A DNA stretch of 64,000 bases from Bacteroidota bacterium. GTDB taxonomy: Bacteria; Bacteroidota; Bacteroidia; NS11-12g; UBA955. The position numbers were made by a program, and so were the translations under genes. Below the pieces are notes generated by a model. It was not told the origin of the DNA and searched no databases. It saw nothing but the letters and a program-made list of their open reading frames with translations. The stretch spans positions 74,788 to 138,787 of the forward strand of contig CANMBF010000002.1 in assembly GCA_947496065.1 (NCBI GenBank), written 5' to 3'. Below, piece by piece: positions 55,435 to 64,000 of this stretch. How positions within the stretch are numbered: position 1 is the first letter of the stretch; each line of letters begins with the position of its first letter.

Positions 55435-56379
55435 ATGTCTGACCGATATTATAAGACCCAATTTTTGATCGTTATACTTTTGTTTTTTACCTGCATAGGC
55501 AACCTACAACTATCAGCACAAACCATACAAGCCACCTTCCAAGGGCATTGGTTTCACTATCCCATTGGCAGTGCTGCCAAGCTTGACAGCAACTTCACCC
55601 GCTTAGATACCATTGTTGAAATGACCTTTAGAAAAGATGGTACTTACAACTACAAAGGCATTATTAAAACCGATGTTTTTACACCTGGCAAAGGGCATTT
55701 AAAATTCAAGAAAAACTTTCGTTACATGGATGGGCGTTATGAAATATATTACAATGAATTAACCCTATTAAGTGGTTTTGCAGCCGACGATAAAGCCCTT
55801 CACAAAACATTTGAAATAGCATCGGGCATTAATAAATTCAAGCAAGAGGTTCCCTACTTCAAATTATGGGACACTTATTACAATTATGAATATGTAGCTG
55901 TTGAATATTTCAGTCCACTGGAATCCTTTATCAGCAGCAAAAGGCAATTGCAAACACTTTGCGTAGAAAACAAAGTTGAGAATAAAATTGATTCGCTACC
56001 TTTTTGGACCAATTCTAATCTTTGTGCTTTTGAAAACGAGTGGCCAAAGCCTGTACTTCTATATGGAGAGGCCCCATTAAACACAAGCATGATAGACTCC
56101 TTAGCGTATTTGCCAGAAGACATTGACAAGCTTTTTAAGTTCGATTCGAACAAGCGACTCACACAGTATTATTACACCCCTAAAATGGACAAGTCGTTTT
56201 ACTACACTTTTACTTATGTAGGTGATGCGAGCGAGAAAAATATCATTGTACATTCTATCAAAGACAGTAAGGACCAAATGGAGTATGTTTTTGTAAGGGA
56301 TGAGAAAAATTGTTTGCAAAAAATCGAGCAATACAATGTGGAGCATCGGTTGGTAATGGTGTATTCTTTGGCGCAGTAG
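55435..56379 (+). CDS. Secreted hypothetical protein, no recognisable domain
   Basis: 314-aa ORF with signal peptide (FLIVILLFFTCIGNLQLSAQ). Tyr/Phe-rich. A TATATTTG box ends only 5 nt before the ATG, so the start or promoter assignment is uncertain. Confidence 0.55.
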   Translation: MSDRYYKTQFLIVILLFFTCIGNLQLSAQTIQATFQGHWFHYPIGSAAKLDSNFTRLDTIVEMTFRKDGTYNYKGIIKTDVFTPGKGHLKFKKNFRYMDGRYEIYYNELTLLSGFAADDKALHKTFEIASGINKFKQEVPYFKLWDTYYNYEYVAVEYFSPLESFISSKRQLQTLCVENKVENKIDSLPFWTNSNLCAFENEWPKPVLLYGEAPLNTSMIDSLAYLPEDIDKLFKFDSNKRLTQYYYTPKMDKSFYYTFTYVGDASEKNIIVHSIKDSKDQMEYVFVRDEKNCLQKIEQYNVEHRLVMVYSLAQ

Positions 56380-56482
56380 TGAATAGAAGTTGGCAATTTC
56401 AATTGGCTGTTGGCATGGATAGCAATCTGATAGATGTATTACGATAGATTAGTTGCATAATTAAACTTTGTGCATTAACAAC

Positions 56483-56748
56483 ATTCAACCCCTTCAGGGT
56501 TGGGGGATATCGCTATTTCGAGTTATTCATATTCAACCACTTCGTGGTTGGGGAAAGTATACCATTGAGTCTGTTCCTAAAAATATTAAAATAATCTCAA
56601 CTCTGAAGGAGTTGAATGTGAATAACCACCAATGAAATTGGTGGTGTGTAATGAACAAGGTATCTGAACCCTGAAGGGGTTCAATGTAGTGTTGGATTTT
56701 TGTTCATCCACTTAATGGCTGGGGAAACATACTACTCGGTATGTTTTT
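56483..56748. repeat. Cluster of six short hairpin repeats (CTTCAG/CTGAAG-loop family, both orientations) plus a terminator-like hairpin
   Basis: CAACCC-CTTCA-GGGTTG (56486-56502); CAACCAC-TTC-GTGGTTG (56534-56550); CAACTC-TGAAG-GAGTTG (56598-56614, inverted); CCACCAAT-GAA-ATTGGTGG (56626-56644); GAACCC-TGAAG-GGGTTC (56666-56682, inverted); a degenerate copy near 56705-56724. Then AAACATAC-TACTCG-GTATGTTTTTT (56726-56748). Confidence 0.75.
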
Positions 56749-56749
56749 T

Positions 56750-57238
56750 CTAATACTTCGAAAACATTTTCACCACCCCAGTCTTGGTGCTGGTTTGAAG
56801 GACGATGAGGTAAACCCCAGTTCGAACGGTGGTCATATCGAATTGGATTTGGGTGCGGTTGAAATAATTGATGAACCTTTGCTCCCATACCTTGCCATAC
56901 ATATCCACCAACATCAAAGTACAATCGCCATACACAAAATCAGGAAAGCTTAAGTTCACTGTTAATGGGGAGTTAAGCGTCACAGGGTTGGGGAAAAAAT
57001 CGAGATTGATGCCACTGTTCAGACAAACACCACTGGTGTATAACGTTACACCATGGTTGTTCATGGCTTCGCACTCATTGCGGTAAGTAATATTATCGCA
57101 ACCGCAAACAGGATTGTAGAAGGAATAATTACACATGTAAAAAGGCTGCACCTTGGCTGTATTAATACAAGGTTGCACGAACTGACCTTTTACAATGGAT
57201 GCAATGCCTATGAGTAATATGAAGAGTAGTCTTCTCAA
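56750..57238 (-). CDS. Small secreted protein: Kazal-type protease-inhibitor-like domain fused to a type A T9SS sorting domain
   Basis: 162 aa. TTG start at 57238 gives signal peptide MRRLLFILLIGIASIVKGQ. Kazal-like cysteine pattern C..C......NPVCGCDNITYRNECEAMNNHGVTLYTSGVC. C-terminal FPNPVTLNSPLTVNL...GVYLIVLQTSTKTGVVKMFSKY is the T9SS CTD. Confidence 0.7.
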   Translation of the reverse strand: MRRLLFILLIGIASIVKGQFVQPCINTAKVQPFYMCNYSFYNPVCGCDNITYRNECEAMNNHGVTLYTSGVCLNSGINLDFFPNPVTLNSPLTVNLSFPDFVYGDCTLMLVDMYGKVWEQRFINYFNRTQIQFDMTTVRTGVYLIVLQTSTKTGVVKMFSKY

Positions 57239-57241
57239 ATT

Positions 57242-58510
57242 TTAAATAGAAGTGAACCCTAAATACGGATGCAAACATTCAGGTAAATTAATGCCTGTTT
57301 CGGTTTGATTGTTTTCCAATAAAGAGGCCACAATTCTTGGTAACGCTAAAGCACTGCCATTTAGTGTATGGGCCAATTCATTTTTACCATCTTTTGTTTT
57401 ATAACGGCATTTCAAACGGTTGGCTTGAAAGGTTTCGAAGTTCGAAACTGAACTCACCTCTAACCAGCGCTGTTGTGCACCACTCCAAGCTTCGAAATCG
57501 TAGGTCATGGCACTGGCAAAGCCCATATCGCCACCGCATAGGCGGAGGATTCTGAATTTTAAACCCAACTTGGTCATTAGCATTTTCACATGCTCTAACA
57601 TGCTCTCTAATATTTCGTAACTTTGAGTTGGATGTGCTATTTGTACGATTTCTACTTTATCGAATTGGTGCAAACGGTTCAAACCACGCACGTGCGCACC
57701 ATAGCTACCAGCCTCTCTTCTAAAGCAAGGGGTATAGCCAACATTGCGGATGGGCAATTCTTCTTCTTTTAAAATTACATCGCGGTAGATATTGGTAATA
57801 GGCACCTCGGCTGTTGGTATTAAATATAAATTGTCGGTCTTATCGTGGTACATCTGACCTTCCTTATCGGGTAACTGACCGGTACCATAACCACTGGCTT
57901 CGTTCACTAAAATAGGAGGTTGCACTTCGTAGTAACCTGCTTTAATTGCTTCGTCTAAAAAGAAATTAATCAAGGCTCTTTGCAAGCGAGCGCCTTTGCC
58001 TTTGTATACTGGGAAACCAGCACCAGTAATTTTATTCCCCAATTCAAAATCGATGATATCGTATTGTGAAGTAAGCTCCCAATGTGGCTTGGCATTGGCT
58101 GGCAATACTGGATCCACACCCCATTCATAAACGGTTTCGTTTTCTTCTGGCGTTTTGCCATAGGCTACTTTTGCAGCGGGAGCATTGGGTATTTCGTATA
58201 ATTTTTGGGTGAGTTGGTTGTCTAATTCGGTCAACTCAGTTTCCAACACTTTGGCGGCTTCTTTCAGCTCTACCGACTCTATTTTTTTCTCATCAGCTCC
58301 CGCTTTGTTACCACTTTTAAACAAGTCACCAATTTCTTTGGCCAATACATTGCCTTTGGCAAGGTTTTGTTCCAACAAAGTTTGTTTAGCGCGCTTGGAT
58401 TCATCCAAAATCAGTATCTGTTGAATGTCTGCGGTTCTATCGATTCCGCGTTTAGCAAGGCGTTCAATAATCTCTTGGGTTTGGGTTCTTATGGCTGTAA
58501 GGGTAAGCAT
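57242..58510 (-). CDS. serS: Seryl-tRNA synthetase
   Basis: 422 aa with an N-terminal coiled-coil arm and class II motifs (FRREAGSYG, GDMGFASAMTYDFEAW, LNGSALALPR). Confidence 0.96.
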   Translation of the reverse strand: MLTLTAIRTQTQEIIERLAKRGIDRTADIQQILILDESKRAKQTLLEQNLAKGNVLAKEIGDLFKSGNKAGADEKKIESVELKEAAKVLETELTELDNQLTQKLYEIPNAPAAKVAYGKTPEENETVYEWGVDPVLPANAKPHWELTSQYDIIDFELGNKITGAGFPVYKGKGARLQRALINFFLDEAIKAGYYEVQPPILVNEASGYGTGQLPDKEGQMYHDKTDNLYLIPTAEVPITNIYRDVILKEEELPIRNVGYTPCFRREAGSYGAHVRGLNRLHQFDKVEIVQIAHPTQSYEILESMLEHVKMLMTKLGLKFRILRLCGGDMGFASAMTYDFEAWSGAQQRWLEVSSVSNFETFQANRLKCRYKTKDGKNELAHTLNGSALALPRIVASLLENNQTETGINLPECLHPYLGFTSI

Positions 58511-58689
58511 GAATCAAAAAAATAAATATTACTGCAAATTAAGTGCGTAAAAATTAAATACCCATATATTTTTAATAAAATGAGGCTAAATCATTCTTAT
58601 TCGGAGCGAGGGGGTATTTTGTCGGGGCTTCTTTTCACCACACCACGAAGTAGCTTTGATGCAATTAAAAAAGAATAATGTGATCAAAA

Positions 58690-58846
58690 AAGGACGCAAA
58701 GAGGGAATCACACACCGCGAAGCAGCATTGCTTGCAATAAAGGGCGCAAAGTGAATACCAAATTTTTACTGTTAAACGTGTAAATATTAACGAATTATTC
58801 TCTGTGCTCTTGTTGTGGCTTTGGCTTGGTGCCCTTGGTGGTTAAG
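58690..58846. repeat. GCGCAAAG / CACAGAGAA-type intergenic repeats in both orientations
   Basis: AGGACGCAAAGAGGGAATCACACACCGCGAAGCAGC...AAAGGGCGCAAAGTGAA (58691-58756) and the inverted TTCTCTGTGCTCTTGTTGTGGCTTTGGCTTGGTGCCCTTGGTGGTTAAG (58798-58846). Related to 46009-46054. Confidence 0.55.
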
Positions 58847-58855
58847 TTGAACAAC

Positions 58856-59947
58856 CTACAACACCTGCTTCAACGCTTCCAAAATGCGCTCGGTGCTTTT
58901 GCCATCCCACAAAGGTGGAATAGCGCCTTTCTTAAAGGTGCCCGTCATGATTTGATTGATGTAAAACTCCACATCTTTGATGGTATATGGCACCAACACA
59001 TTGCTACCAATAGTTACTGTGCTTGGGCGCTCGGTATTGTTGCGCAAAGTTAAACAAGGTATTTGACGGTAAGTGGTTTCTTCTTGTATGCCGCCACTAT
59101 CTGTCACTACAAACTTGCAATCGGCTGTTAATTTTTGAAAAGAAAAATAATCCAAAGGCTCGCTAAAAATTAAACCTTCTAAATGCTCTATCTGCTCCCA
59201 CAAGCCAAACTGCTTGAGTTTAGCAATGGTGCGCGGATGAATGGGGAATACCAATTTCAAATTATTAGTAATCGATTTAATAATGGCTATTAATGTTTCT
59301 AAACCTTCTTTCTCATCAACATTGCTGGGGCGGTGCATGGTCATTAGCACATAGCTTTGTGGAGTTAGATTATATTGTTTTAATATATTACTCTCTTGCA
59401 CCTGTGGCTCAAACTCAACTAAACTATCGATCATGGTATTGCCCACAAAAAATACTTTTTTATCATCATCGCCATGGGCTTTCAAATGGTCTAATCCACT
59501 TTGCTCGGTTACAAAATAAAAATCAGAAATCTCATCGGTCAATAAGCGGTTAATTTCTTCGGGCATGGTGCGGTCATCGCTTCTCAAACCACTCTCTAAA
59601 TGCGCTACTTTAATGCCCATTTTATTGCCTGTTAAAGCAGCCGCAAACGTGCTGTTCACATCGCCTACTACCATTAATAAATCGGGTTGGTATTCACCAC
59701 AAACGCGCTCGAGGCCTAACATCACATTGGCCATTTGGGTATTGGGAGTTCCTGCACCTATGTTCAATAAAAAATCGGGACGTAAATCGAACTGATCGAA
59801 AAACACTTTGCTCATTTTTTCATCGAAATGCTGACCAGTATGCACAAATTTAATGTCTAACTCAGGAAAATGGGCCACCACTTTTTTAAAACGGGTAACC
59901 TTGATGAAATTGGGGCGTGTACCAACTACGATAAGGATTTTCTTCAC
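58856..59947 (-). CDS. wecB: UDP-N-acetylglucosamine 2-epimerase (non-hydrolysing)
   Basis: 363 aa. VVGTRPNFIK, HTGQHFD, VGDVNST, HLESGLRS, HRPSN and DSGGIQEE are the WecB/MnaA blocks. Confidence 0.92.
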   Translation of the reverse strand: MKKILIVVGTRPNFIKVTRFKKVVAHFPELDIKFVHTGQHFDEKMSKVFFDQFDLRPDFLLNIGAGTPNTQMANVMLGLERVCGEYQPDLLMVVGDVNSTFAAALTGNKMGIKVAHLESGLRSDDRTMPEEINRLLTDEISDFYFVTEQSGLDHLKAHGDDDKKVFFVGNTMIDSLVEFEPQVQESNILKQYNLTPQSYVLMTMHRPSNVDEKEGLETLIAIIKSITNNLKLVFPIHPRTIAKLKQFGLWEQIEHLEGLIFSEPLDYFSFQKLTADCKFVVTDSGGIQEETTYRQIPCLTLRNNTERPSTVTIGSNVLVPYTIKDVEFYINQIMTGTFKKGAIPPLWDGKSTERILEALKQVL

Positions 59948-60021
59948 TTTATTTTTGATAGATAAGGTGCAAAAATAATAGTTTAATGCAGTATTCTTTA
60001 CAAACTATCATCGATTCGTTG

Positions 60022-60029
60022 TATTTTTG
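60022..60029 (+). promoter_or_regulatory. Candidate -7 box (TATTTTTG) for adk
   Basis: Exact TAnnTTTG match, 35 nt upstream of the ATG at 60064. Confidence 0.3.
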
Positions 60030-60063
60030 TAAATTCATACAATAATCATCATTGGATAACAAA

Positions 60064-60642
60064 ATGTTAAACATCGTTTTATTCGGACCTCCAGGCGCAG
60101 GCAAAGGCACACAATCTGCCAACCTAGTCAACAAATACCAATTGGTACACCTTTCAACAGGTGATATCTTCAGATTCAATATTAAAAATGAAACCGCTTT
60201 GGGGCAATTGGCCAAGTCGTACATGGACAAGGGCAACCTGGTTCCAGATGAAGTTACCATTAATATGTTGGAAGCAGAGGTTGAAAAATACACCGATGCC
60301 AAAGGTTTTATATTCGATGGTTTTCCAAGAACTACAGCACAAGCACAAGCTTTAGATGCTTTCCTTGAGAAAAAAGAAACGGTCATTTCATTGATGTTGG
60401 CTTTAGAAGTGGGCGAAGATGAATTGGTAAAACGCTTGTTAATAAGAGGCCAAGACAGCGGTCGTGCCGATGATACCGACGAAAGCATTATTCGCAACAG
60501 AATTAATGTATACAACGAACAAACCGCAGTAGCTGCCGAGTTTTACAATGCACAAGGCAAGTACCATGCGATTAATGGCGTTGGTACAGTTGAAGAAATA
60601 TTTGGTCGCTTGAGTTCGATAATAGGCGAAGCGAGTCAATAA
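60064..60642 (+). CDS. adk: Adenylate kinase (short-lid form)
   Basis: Start taken at the ATG at 60064 (MLNIVLFGPPGAGKGTQ, P-loop). Contains HLSTGDIFR, FIFDGFPRT and RGQDSGRADD. The ORF-track start 60052 is TTG. Confidence 0.93.
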   Translation: MLNIVLFGPPGAGKGTQSANLVNKYQLVHLSTGDIFRFNIKNETALGQLAKSYMDKGNLVPDEVTINMLEAEVEKYTDAKGFIFDGFPRTTAQAQALDAFLEKKETVISLMLALEVGEDELVKRLLIRGQDSGRADDTDESIIRNRINVYNEQTAVAAEFYNAQGKYHAINGVGTVEEIFGRLSSIIGEASQ

Positions 60643-60694
60643 AAATAAAAAAAGAATAGTTGCCATCCTTGGTTGAGCAGTTAAAAAAATATAA

Positions 60695-61702
60695 ATGGCA
60701 GATTCAAATTTCATAGATTACGTAAAAATATTCATACGCAGCGGTAAGGGCGGTAAAGGCAGTCCGCATTTTCACAGAGCCAAAGGGCTACCCGATGGTG
60801 GTCCCGATGGTGGTGATGGTGGTAAAGGTGGCGATGTGCGCTTAAGAGGCAATGCTCAACTCTGGACCCTCATGCACTTAAAATACCGCAAGCATGTGCA
60901 TGCAGCCGATGGTAAGCCGGGAGAATCGGCACAAGCTACTGGTGCTTCGGGTAAAAATGAAATCATTGAAGTGCCTCTAGGTACTGTGGCAAAAGATGCC
61001 GAGACAGGCGAAATATTATTCGAAATTACCAAAGATGGCGAAGAAAAAATATTGAGAAAAGGTGGTAAAGGTGGTTTAGGAAACGTTCACTTTAAAACCT
61101 CTACCAAACGCGCGCCAACTTACGCCCAACCAGGTGAAGAAGGTATTGAAGGTTGGTGTATTTTTGAATTAAAAGTACTGGCCGATGTGGGATTGGTAGG
61201 ATTTCCAAATGCTGGTAAATCCACTTTGCTTTCTGTTATCTCTGCAGCTAAACCTGAAATTGCGAATTATCCCTTTACGACTATTGTTCCTAATTTAGGG
61301 ATTGTTGAATACCGCGATTATCGCTCGTTCATAGTAGCAGATATCCCTGGTATTATAGAAGGTGCACACGAAGGCAAAGGCCTTGGTCACCGTTTCTTAA
61401 AACACATAGAAAGAAATGCCTTGTTGTTATTTTTAATTCCTGCAGATGCAGCCGACATCAAAAAAGAATACAAAATTTTGTTGAATGAATTGAAACAGTT
61501 CAATCCTGAATTATTAGACAAGCAACGCGTTGTAGCCATTACCAAATGCGATATGTTAGATGATGAATTGATGACCCTTATGAAAAAAGATTTGAAGTCA
61601 CTGAATCCTATTTTTATCTCGGGTGTATCAGGTTTAAATATTCAGAAACTAAAGGATACCCTTTGGGAAAAAATTCAACACACCAAAGAAGAGTGGCAAT
61701 AA
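60695..61702 (+). CDS. obgE: GTPase Obg/CgtA
   Basis: 335 aa with the Gly-rich Obg fold ([24 protein letters not shown]) and G-domain motifs [13 protein letters not shown] and TKCD. Confidence 0.95.
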   Translation: MADSNFIDYVKIFIRSGKGGKGSPHFHRAKGLPDGGPDGGDGGKGGDVRLRGNAQLWTLMHLKYRKHVHAADGKPGESAQATGASGKNEIIEVPLGTVAKDAETGEILFEITKDGEEKILRKGGKGGLGNVHFKTSTKRAPTYAQPGEEGIEGWCIFELKVLADVGLVGFPNAGKSTLLSVISAAKPEIANYPFTTIVPNLGIVEYRDYRSFIVADIPGIIEGAHEGKGLGHRFLKHIERNALLLFLIPADAADIKKEYKILLNELKQFNPELLDKQRVVAITKCDMLDDELMTLMKKDLKSLNPIFISGVSGLNIQKLKDTLWEKIQHTKEEWQ

Positions 61703-61703
61703 G

Positions 61704-62963
61704 CTATTCGTGTTCTAATCTTTTATAGTAAAATGCTCTATTGGGTAATGCATTATACCAAAGTATAAATAGCCATACCAATCCTATGGCATACATGGCT
61801 GCCATAAAATCGACATAGAAAAAGAACACATGGTTCTGATTTATTTTAAAGTAATTGCAAATAGCATCGAGACTGAAGGCATAATTCAAACTCACCAATG
61901 CCCATACCCCCCATTGCTTATACAAGAAAGCCAAGGCGGTTAAAAAGATGATGACTGGATGTATATAACGCTCGTGCATCTGTGTATTGAAAAAGAAAAA
62001 CGTATAGCAGATTAAAGCCATGGACAGCAACATCAATTTCAAATCAAAATGGACTTCTTTTTTACTTAAATAGGCCTTGTAAATTTTTAGATACAAAGGA
62101 ATACAAATCAATAGGCAACAGATGCTAAATAAACCAAGTCCGATCGACTTATAAGTATACCCAAATAAGACAGGTGTATTATCGGGCAAGCTCATTAAAT
62201 CGCCATTCAACAACAAATGCCAAATGTTAAAGGCATTCATGCTAACAAATTGGAAATAATCAACCGACCCGAAAGCTACTTTTAAAATGTTTTTTGCATT
62301 GCCATTGATTAAAAAAGGCAGTATGATCAGTGCCTGAATAAACACCAATGAAAAAACATACCGAATGGTATTTTTTAGCTTTAACTCGGGCCACCAAAGT
62401 GCTACCAATACTGGGGCAAACACAATGGCTTGAAGTTTAAAATTCAATGCTAATAAAAACAAAATCAAGGATCCAAATATATTTTTATGGTAGGCACAAA
62501 AGAACGCAGCAAACACAAAAAAAGTGAGGATACCATCTACCTGATTCCAGACAATGGTATTATAAAAAAAGCCAACATTCAATAAGCCGAAAATAAAATA
62601 ACGCCATTGTTTCGATTCCTTTTTTACCAAGCTGCACAACATTAATATAGTCGCAATATCAAACAGCCAGGTAATGGCTTTTAGTTTGTAAATATTGGCC
62701 TGCATATCATCCGTAGCATACAAGTAAGAGAACAATTTTAAAACATAGGTATACAAAGGCAAATAGTTGATTTGACTGCCCGCTTCGTAGGCTGATACCA
62801 GTCCCTTTTCTTTCAATTGATTGGCCCAAGAGTACCAGCAATACGCGTCCCATTCGTGCACAAAAGTGGGCAACACAAAAATTGTGAACACATAGATGAT
62901 TGTTGCAGGCAACAAAAGTGGTTTAACGGTTCTTAATTCCTGTGATACGGATGGTTTGGTCAT
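61704..62963 (-). CDS. Polytopic membrane protein, probable GT-C-type glycosyltransferase (family unassigned)
   Basis: 419-aa ORF with ~11 hydrophobic segments and an acidic first-loop motif (HEWD). Overlaps the upstream ArnT/PMT-like gene by 41 nt. Confidence 0.45.
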   Translation of the reverse strand: MTKPSVSQELRTVKPLLLPATIIYVFTIFVLPTFVHEWDAYCWYSWANQLKEKGLVSAYEAGSQINYLPLYTYVLKLFSYLYATDDMQANIYKLKAITWLFDIATILMLCSLVKKESKQWRYFIFGLLNVGFFYNTIVWNQVDGILTFFVFAAFFCAYHKNIFGSLILFLLALNFKLQAIVFAPVLVALWWPELKLKNTIRYVFSLVFIQALIILPFLINGNAKNILKVAFGSVDYFQFVSMNAFNIWHLLLNGDLMSLPDNTPVLFGYTYKSIGLGLFSICCLLICIPLYLKIYKAYLSKKEVHFDLKLMLLSMALICYTFFFFNTQMHERYIHPVIIFLTALAFLYKQWGVWALVSLNYAFSLDAICNYFKINQNHVFFFYVDFMAAMYAIGLVWLFILWYNALPNRAFYYKRLEHE

Positions 62964-64000
62964 AGTAATTGGAATCTAAAGTTAGGAAGCTGTAACGCTT
63001 CTGAATGGAATCTTTAAACGAGGGAATGACAATCATTCTATCATTTACTTTAATCGTATTGTAATCCACCTTTTTCACTAAAGGGTTCTTAAGTGTATAA
63101 AAATAATTCCACGCATCGTAAGGACCGCTATAATAATACAACACATCAGGTCGGGCATTGTACACCCTTATCTTTTCACTGATGGTGTAAATATCCATGG
63201 ACAATCGTAAGCCTTTGCGCTGCGAGGTGAACATCATTTTTTGATACAAACTGTGCGACAAACATACTGCAATAATGAGATAAACACGCCATTGAAAAGC
63301 ACGACTTTTATTGACCGTTAATACATCGAAACAGGTTAGGGAAATAACAATGGTAATTAAAGGCAAGAGTGGAATATCGTACCATTCCAATTTGGTTTGG
63401 GCAATGCTGATGAATAACAAATAAATAAAAATCGCACCACTGTATAAAATGATGATTTTATTTTGCTTGATAAACGCCCAAACAATGGCTGGCACCAAAC
63501 ACCAAATAAACCAATTAAACCGAAAGGTAAACAAGTGCTGTATATAATAATACCAAAGACCTTCATGTCCATCCTTACCATTGGCAAAGCGACCGCCGAA
63601 ATCATTTTGCCACATGGCATTTAAGTAACCTGGTGCAAGTTTCTCTCGGTAAATAATAAAGATTAAAAATGGTAACAACGCTAACAAGATAGCAGCCATC
63701 AAAATCTTTATTTTTTTGAAGCCACTGATGTAAAAAAAACAAAACCCATAGACCGGAAAAAACAAAACAGCTGCTGCGCTTTTGGTCATGATGGATGCAG
63801 AAACAAAAACAATAAAAGCAATTAAATTACTTTGTTTGCCATTTTCTAAAAAGCGCAAACATTGGAACAAAGCTGCCAACAAAAAGAAAACTAATAAGGC
63901 ATCGTAATCGCCAGTCATGCTGCCATGCAATTGTATTAACCCATCGCATGTCGTAAGTATCAGCATGGCCAAACAAGTCGTAAAAACAGAGTTTGATTTT
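62923..64000 (-). CDS. ArnT/PMT-like (GT39/GT83-type) membrane glycosyltransferase, C-terminal ~360 aa (5' end outside window)
   Basis: The reading frame stays open to base 64000; the ORF-track start at 63972 is an internal TTG. Multiple TM helices are followed by a soluble C-terminal domain. Confidence 0.5.
   Translation of the reverse strand, partial: KSNSVFTTCLAMLILTTCDGLIQLHGSMTGDYDALLVFFLLAALFQCLRFLENGKQSNLIAFIVFVSASIMTKSAAAVLFFPVYGFCFFYISGFKKIKILMAAILLALLPFLIFIIYREKLAPGYLNAMWQNDFGGRFANGKDGHEGLWYYYIQHLFTFRFNWFIWCLVPAIVWAFIKQNKIIILYSGAIFIYLLFISIAQTKLEWYDIPLLPLITIVISLTCFDVLTVNKSRAFQWRVYLIIAVCLSHSLYQKMMFTSQRKGLRLSMDIYTISEKIRVYNARPDVLYYYSGPYDAWNYFYTLKNPLVKKVDYNTIKVNDRMIVIPSFKDSIQKRYSFLTLDSNYYDQTIRITGIKNR

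Noticed and set aside
59949-60515. 188-aa ORF antisense to adk. Similar long antisense ORFs occur inside atpA (11424-11922), nuoG/nuoH (27554-28399), mfd (51969-54397) and the cargo gene (47215-49821).
   Set aside because: All lie wholly within strongly supported conserved genes on the opposite strand. They have low-complexity or atypical composition and no independent start signals, so they are shadow ORFs.
62923-62963. The 41-nt overlap between the two GT-C-like genes as evidence of a frameshifted pseudogene.
   Set aside because: The upstream protein appears to end with a complete soluble C-terminal domain. The downstream ORF has its own plausible N-terminus and a full set of TM helices. 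I see no homology continuing across the junction. This cannot be fully settled without database alignments.

Overview
This is a 64-kb chromosomal segment from an AT-rich member of the Bacteroidota. Three things support that assignment: type A and type B T9SS C-terminal sorting domains, TAnnTTTG-type -7 promoter boxes, and an atpBEFHAG operon without atpD/atpC. Most of the window is conserved housekeeping. It holds the 3' end of an ornithine aminotransferase gene, a LemA-TPM-TPM module, lipB, yraN and a GH92 mannosidase. On the minus strand one string runs degenerate-LytM (M23-like), bactofilin, AtpZ, a small membrane protein and atpBEFHAG. Further on are a large TPR protein, PBP1A and a complete 14-gene nuoA-N operon. 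These are followed by a HemD-like/DUF4271 pair, a BamA-like outer membrane protein, alkaline phosphatase, an SPFH protein, a PAS histidine kinase with a receiver protein, xseAB, mfd, serS, wecB, adk, obg and two GT-C-type membrane proteins. The only accessory-looking stretch is 45.98-51.93 kb, between xseB and mfd. It contains a 1314-aa T9SS cargo protein bracketed by two ~120-nt direct repeat modules. It also contains a solo IS200-type HUH/Y1 transposase gene embedded in an array of about a dozen ATCCC-GTA/TAC-GGGAT hairpin repeats, which is a candidate RAYT/REP system. A second hairpin-repeat family (CTTCAG/CTGAAG loops with compensatory stem changes) crowds the convergent intergenic region at 56.48-56.75 kb and recurs at 9.5, 46.1 and 50.6 kb. 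Other points worth a second look are a Kazal-type inhibitor domain fused to a T9SS sorting signal that starts 3 nt after serS, and an M23/LytM homologue without metal ligands next to bactofilin at the head of the ATP synthase string. I recognised no rRNA, tRNA, CRISPR/cas, restriction-modification, toxin-antitoxin or phage genes. Every ORF of 60 aa or more that is not an obvious antisense shadow is accounted for. All functional calls rest on motif recognition by eye; no database search was run.
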